Assembly (NCBI GenBank): GCA_965208835.1
Contig: OZ242358.1
Location: 2,848,001-2,912,000 of the forward strand
DNA: 64,000 nucleotides
Direction of reading: 5' to 3'
DNA from: Candidatus Latescibacterota bacterium
Lineage (GTDB): Bacteria > Latescibacterota > UBA2968 > GCA-2709665
Shown: positions 57,191 through 64,000 of the stretch, one piece after another
How the letters are laid out: the number at the start of each line of letters is the position of its first letter
How positions within the stretch are numbered: position 1 is the stretch's first letter
Notes under the pieces: model-generated
The model's input: the letters and a program-made list of their open reading frames with translations, nothing else
Told to the model about the DNA's origin: nothing
Databases searched by the model: none
Translations under genes and position numbers: made by a program

Positions 57191-57301
57191 CGGGACTCGC
57201 TGCGATGGAGGGGTCGGCTGCCAAAAATCATCGGCCAGGAAAAAGGGCCCGCAGAACCTGTCCCGACCAGCCGGCGGAGATCATGAGAATTACGCCTTGG
57301 T

Positions 57302-58858
57302 CTATTTGCCGTTCAGCACCGCAACCGGCAGGACCATCTCCTCGAGTGAAATGCCGCCGTGCTGGAAACTGTTCGCGTAATACCGCTGGTATTCGTTGAA
57401 TTTCGTGGGATAGACGAAATAGTAGTCCTCCCGCGAAATAATGTACGTGGTACCCATACCCAGATGGGGCAGGCGATAGACGTTCGGATCTGCGATATAC
57501 AGCGCGTGCCTGGGGTCGCATCGAAGGTGTTTGCCATACTTGTACCGGAGATTCGTCGACGTTTCCCGATTACCGTGCGCCACGGTGGCACGCGTACTCA
57601 TAACGCAGCCGTGGTCGGTCGTCAACACCACCGTGGTATCCGTTTCTGCAAGCTTTCGCAACATTTCAAACAACGACGAGTGGGAAAACCAGGATCGGCT
57701 GAGCGACCGGTACGCGGACTCGTTTGGGGCCATCTCCTTCAAAATATCAGATTCCGACCTTCCATGTGCCAGAATGTCCAGAAAATTGAATACCACTGAC
57801 ATCAGAGGGAAAGACCGGTACGAATGCACCTTTTTGACGAGATGGTTGCCCTCCGCAATATCCAGTACTTTGACGTATCGTGTATCCAGATTCAGCGTCG
57901 AATCGAGTTCCTGAATCTGGTTGTCCAGGAGTTGGTGCTCGTGCCGGTTGCGGCTGTTGTCGTCGTCCCAGCCCGAACGCCACTCCTGCGGATACAGTTC
58001 GGCCACATCGCTGGGGAAGAGACCGCTGAAAATAGCGTTTCTGGAGTAGGGCGTGGCGGTAGGAAGAATGGAATAGTGATAGTGTTGCTCAATATTGAAC
58101 AGTTCGGACAAGAGCGGCGAGATTGCCAGCCAGTGATCCAGGCGCATGCAGTCCACGACCACAAAGAACACCTGCTTTCCTTCCTGGAGCGCGGGCAGGA
58201 CGAACTCGCTCACGACGTCGACGGACAACACCGGAGAATCCATATCGTCCTGGAGCCAATGGGCGTAGTTGGCATCCACGAAGCGTCCGAATGCCCGGTT
58301 GCACGCCCGCCGCAAATCTTCGTGCATCTTTCTCAGGCCGGCGTCATAGAACCGGTCCAGTTCCAGATCCCATTCGGACAGCTTCACGTGGATGTCGATC
58401 CAGTCCTGCCATGTCACGTCGCCAGCCATTGACGAGCGAATGCGATTGGACACAGCCGAATAATCCAATCCCATGCGCCCCGTAACGATTTGCCGCGCGT
58501 CGAGCAGTTTCTTGCACGCAGAGAGAATCTGGCTGGGGTTCACCGGTTTGGTGAGATAGTCGTCGATCCGGTGGCCCAACGCTTCCTCCATCAGGCGCTC
58601 TTCTTCATTCTTCGTAATCATGATTACGGGGATATCCGGATTGATTTCCTTGATCATCGCCAGCGTGGAAAGTCCACCGCGGCCGGCCATCATCTCATCC
58701 AGGAGTACGATGTCGAACCCCCGCTGTTTGACCATTGCAATCGCGTCATCACCGTTTGTCACCGGCGTCACCTTATACCCCCGGGAACCAAGGAACATCG
58801 TATGCGGCCTCAGGAGGTCAATCTCGTCGTCTGCCCACAGCACCTGCTTTTCTCTCAT
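57302..58858 (-). CDS. PorX-like response regulator (receiver + PglZ/alkaline-phosphatase domain)
   Basis: LWADDEIDLL, LLDE.M, MITK.EEE, YL.KPVNPSQI; VDCMR.D, LPTATPYSRNAIF, TTDHG, TNLRYK.G, FQHGGISLEEM. Confidence 0.9.
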   Translation of the reverse strand: MREKQVLWADDEIDLLRPHTMFLGSRGYKVTPVTNGDDAIAMVKQRGFDIVLLDEMMAGRGGLSTLAMIKEINPDIPVIMITKNEEERLMEEALGHRIDDYLTKPVNPSQILSACKKLLDARQIVTGRMGLDYSAVSNRIRSSMAGDVTWQDWIDIHVKLSEWDLELDRFYDAGLRKMHEDLRRACNRAFGRFVDANYAHWLQDDMDSPVLSVDVVSEFVLPALQEGKQVFFVVVDCMRLDHWLAISPLLSELFNIEQHYHYSILPTATPYSRNAIFSGLFPSDVAELYPQEWRSGWDDDNSRNRHEHQLLDNQIQELDSTLNLDTRYVKVLDIAEGNHLVKKVHSYRSFPLMSVVFNFLDILAHGRSESDILKEMAPNESAYRSLSRSWFSHSSLFEMLRKLAETDTTVVLTTDHGCVMSTRATVAHGNRETSTNLRYKYGKHLRCDPRHALYIADPNVYRLPHLGMGTTYIISREDYYFVYPTKFNEYQRYYANSFQHGGISLEEMVLPVAVLNGK

Positions 58859-58877
58859 AGCGTTCAAGCTCCCGGCC

Positions 58878-60218
58878 TCACGTAGCCTTCCGCTCCTCCG
58901 CTGGCCTCACGGGTAATGAAATCAGGAACGTGGTTCCTATTTCCGGTGAACTTTCCTCAATGGAAATCCTGCCCCGGTGATAGTCTTCGATAATACGTTT
59001 GACAAAAGTAAGCCCCAGGCCCCAGCCCCGCTCCTTTGTACTGTAACCGGGCAGAAAAACCTGCTTGACCAGATGGGGCTGAATCCCTTTACCATTGTCA
59101 CGAACCCGGATATCCACCCATTTGCCCTCGGACCGCGCCTTTGCGGTAATCTCTATCTTTCCACCCTTCCCTTCCATCGCGTCCGCTGCATTCTTGAACA
59201 GATTCTCAAAAGCCCAGCCCAGCAACTGCCGATTCAACGGGACAGGCTGTATATCGTAGTTTCTCTGTACGATCCGGACCTCACGCGAGAGTCTGTCGCG
59301 CAAATAGGACGCCGTCTCTTCGATGACGTGACGAAGGTTTTCCGGACGAAGCTCCGGCGTGGAACCGATCAGGCTGAAACGGGAAACGATCGTATCCAAC
59401 CGGCTGGTGTCCTCCTCCATCGCAACCACGATCTGATCGAATCGCCTGCGCGTCTGTTCATCCACAGGACCGGTAGAATGCTCGAGTTCAGATTTTATCA
59501 ACTCGATCCATCCGTACAGCGAGGAAAGTGGCGTGCCGAGCTGGTGAGCCGTTTCTCGCGCCATGCCTACCCAGATCGATCTCTGCTCACTGTTCTTGAC
59601 ATTCAGAAATCCTAGATATCCCACCCCGATAAACAACGCCGTTACGCCAAGTGCAACCCAGGGCAGCCATGCCAGCCGGCGTACCAGCGGCGAATCGCCG
59701 AAGTGCAGCACTCGCGGTCCGATTTGCGGAATCTCGAACGAATACGGCGGATTCTCGCTATCCAGCTTTCTGACGATCCTGGCCATTCGCTCCCGGTCGG
59801 CCGGGCTGAGGTCCGCGGGATTGCCTTCGGGAATCTGTATGGCTTTCCACAAGTGGGGTTCACCCCTGGAGTCTGTGATGACCACGGGAAAATTAGCATT
59901 CGTAATGGTCCTGAAGATTTCATTGACATCCAGGTCGCTGACGACAACGGTATCCTGTGTGGCCAACCCGTAAAAGAAGGCCAGACGTTTGATTAGGTCA
60001 CGGGAGTCCCGGCGCATGGGATCCACGACAAAGATCTGCATATATACCAGAAACGCCAGGATGATCACCGTTGCGGCCGGAAAGAGATAGGCGCCCAGAC
60101 TGTATGTACTGCGGCGCCCCACCCTCATTCGGCCCTTCCGAACAAGCGGCGCGCCCATCAGACCCGCGTGTCCGGGCCGGCCTGTCCGACCTGTGACATC
60201 CTTCGTTCGCGCACCCAT
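58878..60218 (-). CDS. Membrane-bound sensor histidine kinase; start uncertain
   Basis: Two TM segments; W.GMARETAHQLGTPLSSL H-box, ENL.KNA.DA, DNGKG, F.PG.STK.RGWGLGL. Confidence 0.92.
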   Translation of the reverse strand: MGARTKDVTGRTGRPGHAGLMGAPLVRKGRMRVGRRSTYSLGAYLFPAATVIILAFLVYMQIFVVDPMRRDSRDLIKRLAFFYGLATQDTVVVSDLDVNEIFRTITNANFPVVITDSRGEPHLWKAIQIPEGNPADLSPADRERMARIVRKLDSENPPYSFEIPQIGPRVLHFGDSPLVRRLAWLPWVALGVTALFIGVGYLGFLNVKNSEQRSIWVGMARETAHQLGTPLSSLYGWIELIKSELEHSTGPVDEQTRRRFDQIVVAMEEDTSRLDTIVSRFSLIGSTPELRPENLRHVIEETASYLRDRLSREVRIVQRNYDIQPVPLNRQLLGWAFENLFKNAADAMEGKGGKIEITAKARSEGKWVDIRVRDNGKGIQPHLVKQVFLPGYSTKERGWGLGLTFVKRIIEDYHRGRISIEESSPEIGTTFLISLPVRPAEERKAT

Positions 60219-60476
60219 TGTGCGGCTCCCCCATTTAACGTCAACGTCTAGTATGCCGTTAAGTTCCGCAGCAATCTCTGGATGACAGGCTCAGACCCGT
60301 AGCGCAGGCGCACTCGCCACACGCGTCAGGACGTCCTGGTGTTGTCTCGCTCTGCCGACGCGACGGCAGGGCAGGAAGCAGAAACCCGGCGTTCCGCGAC
60401 GTGGCGCCGAACCCCATTCGGGCGCATAAAGAGTATACGTCTAATTCAAGCATCCAGTCAACCAAAGAAAAACCGT

Positions 60477-60505
60477 TTGCATAATATCTTTTGAGTTTAT
60501 ATATT
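60477..60505 (+). promoter_or_regulatory. Candidate sigma70 promoter for rpsU
   Basis: TTGCAT-17 nt-TATATT in an AT-rich stretch. Confidence 0.55.
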
Positions 60506-60632
60506 GGGAACCATTAATTTCCTGTAAGACATCGCATGCCGGCGGGCAAACGGACTGACGCATGGCCGTCAACTCCTCCCGATCCGGCGCATGCCTGTTT
60601 CCGCAGGAAACGGAAAGGAGGGAATCGAGCAT

Positions 60633-60830
60633 ATGGCCAGGGTTGTGGTGAGAGACGACGAGCCATTTGAAAAGGCGCTGAAAAGGTTCAAGAAAACCTG
60701 CGAAAAAGCAGGAATAATGACCGAGATGAAGAAGCACCAGCATTTCGAGAAGCCCAGTGAGCGCCGCAAGCGCAAGATTGCCGCGGCGAAGCGCAAACGC
60801 ATGAAATTCGAAACGCGCTTCAACCAATAA
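60633..60830 (+). CDS. rpsU: 30S ribosomal protein S21
   Basis: V.VRDDEPFEKALKRFKK.CEKAGI..E.KK.QHFEKPS; strong AGGAGG RBS. Confidence 0.96.
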   Translation: MARVVVRDDEPFEKALKRFKKTCEKAGIMTEMKKHQHFEKPSERRKRKIAAAKRKRMKFETRFNQ

Positions 60831-60976
60831 GCCAAATTTGCAATTATGTTAACGACAACCGCACCGATTTGCCTTCGGATGCGGTTGTATTTTTTGCACA
60901 TCGTGGTTGAGCTGAACCCCCGGTTCAATGCAGTTCCGATGCAGCGAGTTTGCGATTGGGGCAGAGGGAGGGCCGA

Positions 60977-61645
60977 ATGAACATTGTCGACCTGATCCTG
61001 TTGATCGGGCTCTGCTGGATGGTTTTCAGGGGTTGCCGCACGGGTCTGGTCCGGAGCCTGGTCGGTCTGCTCAGCTTTATACTGGCCTACGGATTCGGCC
61101 TCGCGTACGGCGGTGCGGTCTCGGAGTGGGTTTCCGGTGAGACTGCCGGCCATGGCCCAGCCCTGCTGGGCTTCGTCTGTGTATTCCTGGCGACGCTGAT
61201 TGCCTGTTACCTTCTTGGACGAATGCTCCAGGCGATGCTCAAGGCCACCCCCTTCGGAATCGTGGACACGCTGTGTGGCGGCATAATCGGCCTGGCGCAG
61301 GGACTACTCCTTCTCGGTTTACTGATCCTGCTGCTGAGGGCGTATTCCCCTCACCCCGGGGTGAAGGCGTACATTGACGACGCCCGTCTGACACGCCACG
61401 TTCAGCGGGCCTGCCTGGTCCTTATGGACGCCGTGAAGGCCGCTGTTCCGCGGGCGTCGGAGTTCTACAGATACCTCGTACCGGACGACCCGGAGTCATC
61501 GATCCATCCTTTCATGGACAGTATGACCCGGGGAACCGGAAAGGCACGGGACCGCCTGAAGGTACTTATAGAGGAGTCACAAAACAAAGAAAAGCAAACT
61601 TCGGGAGACCCGCAAACGCCTCCGGCAGGCGGCAAACAGAAGTAG
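60977..61645 (+). CDS. CvpA (colicin V production) family membrane protein
   Basis: MNIVDLI, G..TGLV, VD..CGG.IGL motifs; upstream of mutS2. Confidence 0.85.
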   Translation: MNIVDLILLIGLCWMVFRGCRTGLVRSLVGLLSFILAYGFGLAYGGAVSEWVSGETAGHGPALLGFVCVFLATLIACYLLGRMLQAMLKATPFGIVDTLCGGIIGLAQGLLLLGLLILLLRAYSPHPGVKAYIDDARLTRHVQRACLVLMDAVKAAVPRASEFYRYLVPDDPESSIHPFMDSMTRGTGKARDRLKVLIEESQNKEKQTSGDPQTPPAGGKQK

Positions 61646-61718
61646 CGGATCCTGCTGCCGGCACAGATACGTCAGCGTCAGAAGTCGTCCGTTGTTTGTC
61701 CTATCGGGTTATACCCCC

Positions 61719-64000
61719 ATGACACTGCCACCAAAAACCCTCCTCACCCTCGAATTCAAAAAGATCCTCGACCTGATCGCGGAACGCACCGTTTCCGTGC
61801 CGGGGCGAGACGAAGTGGAGAGTCTGGCCCCGGCCGACAACCCCGAACGCATTGAATCCCGGCTCCGTCCAGTGCTGGAAACCATGGATCTGATCGGGTA
61901 TGACGATCCCGTACCGATCGGACGCATTCCCGACATCCGCGCCGCGGCGGAAACCGCCTCGGTACCGGGTACGACGCTCACCGTCGGCGAACTCGTCCAG
62001 ATCCAGGAAGTCGTGCGGATGTCACGCCGCTTTCTGGGATATTTTCATAAAAGGAAAGCGAAATATCCCCGGCTCCAGGAGCTCATGTCCGGGTTGTCCG
62101 AATACCCGGATCTGGAGGCCCGCATTCAACGGTCCGTCGATCCGTCCACGGAGACCGTCAAGGATTCCGCAAGCGTCGAATTGAAGCGGATCCGCCGAGG
62201 CCTGGAACAAACCCGATCCGGCATCCGCAGTTCCATCGAGAACATCCTGAACCGGCTACCGGACACCGTCGTGCAGGAACGGCTGATCACCATCCGGAAC
62301 GGACGCTTCGTCATTCCCGTTAGGGAAAACCAGAAACACCGGCTGGAAGGCGTCGTACACGACCAATCGGCCAGCGGCGCCACGCTCTTCGTCGAGCCGA
62401 TGGCCACCCTGGCGGACAACAATCGGCTTCGGCAACTCGAACTGGCCGAACAGCGGGAGATTAAACGCGTCCTTCGGGAACTCACCCTGAGCGTCGGCCA
62501 CATCAGCGGATGTCTGCTTGAAAACCTCCGCATTCTCGGTAGATTCGATGCCATCTACGCGATTTCCGGTTTCTCACGCGAACTGAATTGCAGCGAACCC
62601 GTTTTCAACGTGAAAGGGCGCCTGGAACTCCACGACGCACGGCATCCCCTTCTGTTCTGCCGGCTGAACGGCGAAGGCCGGACCGATTCCATCGTCCCGC
62701 TCAGCCTTTCCATGGACAGCGAGGGCATCCGCACCCTCGTCCTGACCGGCCCCAACGCCGGCGGCAAGACCGTTGCCCTCAAAACCGTCGGCCTGCTCGC
62801 GCTGATGGCTCAGGCCGGAATGCCCGTGCCGGCAGCGGAACAATCACAGTTTCCGATCTTCACCGGCGTCTTTGCCGACATCGGCGATGCACAGTCGATC
62901 GAGAACGACCTCAGCACATTCTCCTCACACGTGGCGAATCTGGTTGAAGTCACCAACCATGCGGAAGCCCGATCCCTGGTGTTACTCGACGAAGTCGGCG
63001 CCAGCACCGACCCCGATCAGGGCGCGGCCCTGGCGATGGCCCTGTTGAATACGCTTAACCAACGCGGCTGCCGCACGGTGGCCACGACCCATCACGGTGC
63101 GCTCAAGGCGTTCGCGCACCGAACAGAGGGGATGGCCAACGGCTCCATGGCCTTCGACGCGGGTACGCTGACGCCCACCTTCCAGCTTCGCCTCAACACG
63201 CCAGGCAGCAGCTATGCCTTCGAAATCGCGCGCAGGCTCAAGATGCCTGCAGAGATCGTCGACGAAGCCAGGCGTATTGCAGGAAGCGATATAGGCCGCC
63301 TGGAAGCCCTCATCGCGGACCTTGACGACACGTACCAGCACTATAACGAGGAACTGGATCGAGCACGATCCTCCCGAAGTGAGATGGAACGCCTGAACGC
63401 CGAATACAGCGGCCGCCTGAAGGATGTGGAACAACGAGAGCGCGAATTCAAACGCGGCGCCGAGGAAGAGGCCCGGCGCATCCTGGATGGCGCCAATGCC
63501 CTCATCGAACGCACCGTCTCCGAACTCAGGCAGCGCAGCGCCGACAGAGACTCGATCAAGAGGGCCAGAGCCGAGGTCGAGCGTGCGCGGCGCGATCTGG
63601 CGGCCACTGCGGTGAAACCGGCTGCGCCCGCGGCAATGCTCGAACCCGGGTGCCGCGTGCTCGTACGAAGCCTGGGCAAAGAAGGAATTGTCGCGGACGG
63701 GCGGAACGAGGGATCGCGGGTGGTAGTCGAAGTCGGCAAGCTGCGGCTGCAGGCGCGTCGGGAAGACCTCGAACTCGTGGAATCGGCCGCGGAGACCACC
63801 TCGGAAGCGGCCCGCTTCGGGTTGGCCGGACGCGACGCTGTTGCAACCGAGGTCGACTTGAGAGGAATGACCGTGGATGACGCGGTGGAAGCCGTCGACA
63901 AATACATCGATGAACTCTATCTGGCCGGCATGGAGCACGCGGCGGTGATCCACGGAAAGGGCACGGGCGCGCTTCGCCGGGCGATCGGCGCCCATCTCCA
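61719..64000 (+). CDS. mutS2: MutS2 with C-terminal Smr domain, 3'-truncated by window edge
   Basis: TLEFKKIL, HDQSASGATLFVEP, RHPLL, TGPNAGGKTV, DIGD.QSIE..LSTFSSH, TTH, EVDLRG…IHGKGTGALR; not in ORF track because it runs off the end. Confidence 0.95.
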   Translation, partial: MTLPPKTLLTLEFKKILDLIAERTVSVPGRDEVESLAPADNPERIESRLRPVLETMDLIGYDDPVPIGRIPDIRAAAETASVPGTTLTVGELVQIQEVVRMSRRFLGYFHKRKAKYPRLQELMSGLSEYPDLEARIQRSVDPSTETVKDSASVELKRIRRGLEQTRSGIRSSIENILNRLPDTVVQERLITIRNGRFVIPVRENQKHRLEGVVHDQSASGATLFVEPMATLADNNRLRQLELAEQREIKRVLRELTLSVGHISGCLLENLRILGRFDAIYAISGFSRELNCSEPVFNVKGRLELHDARHPLLFCRLNGEGRTDSIVPLSLSMDSEGIRTLVLTGPNAGGKTVALKTVGLLALMAQAGMPVPAAEQSQFPIFTGVFADIGDAQSIENDLSTFSSHVANLVEVTNHAEARSLVLLDEVGASTDPDQGAALAMALLNTLNQRGCRTVATTHHGALKAFAHRTEGMANGSMAFDAGTLTPTFQLRLNTPGSSYAFEIARRLKMPAEIVDEARRIAGSDIGRLEALIADLDDTYQHYNEELDRARSSRSEMERLNAEYSGRLKDVEQREREFKRGAEEEARRILDGANALIERTVSELRQRSADRDSIKRARAEVERARRDLAATAVKPAAPAAMLEPGCRVLVRSLGKEGIVADGRNEGSRVVVEVGKLRLQARREDLELVESAAETTSEAARFGLAGRDAVATEVDLRGMTVDDAVEAVDKYIDELYLAGMEHAAVIHGKGTGALRRAIGAHL

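Noticed and set aside
57302-58858. PglZ domain as a sign of a BREX defence system
   Set aside because: It is fused to a receiver domain (PorX type) and no brxC, pglX or brxL genes are present

Overview
GC-rich bacterial chromosomal window with about 45 protein genes. No rRNA, tRNA, CRISPR array, prophage or transposase was recognised. The gene set (PorX-like regulator next to tsaE, double-length UvrA, many Gfo/Idh/MocA and TIM-barrel sugar enzymes) suggests an FCB/PVC-related lineage such as Latescibacterota or Gemmatimonadota; this is inference. Main points of interest: (1) three paralogous exporter-fold ABC transporters with an N-terminal extension and a CxxC-x10-CxxC motif, at two loci that each end in a DUF1854 gene; (2) a possible ribosome-quality-control neighbourhood, with an atypical ClpX divergent from an RqcH/NFACT gene and rpsU-cvpA-mutS2 nearby; (3) three families of non-autonomous inverted-repeat elements (MITE-like) with different ends but a shared ERIC-like core, one nested inside another and several sitting on stop codons; (4) a single-chain double UvrA; (5) phosphonoacetate hydrolase coupled to sugar-type redox genes rather than phnW/phnY. 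All family calls come from motif recognition by eye; no database searches were run.
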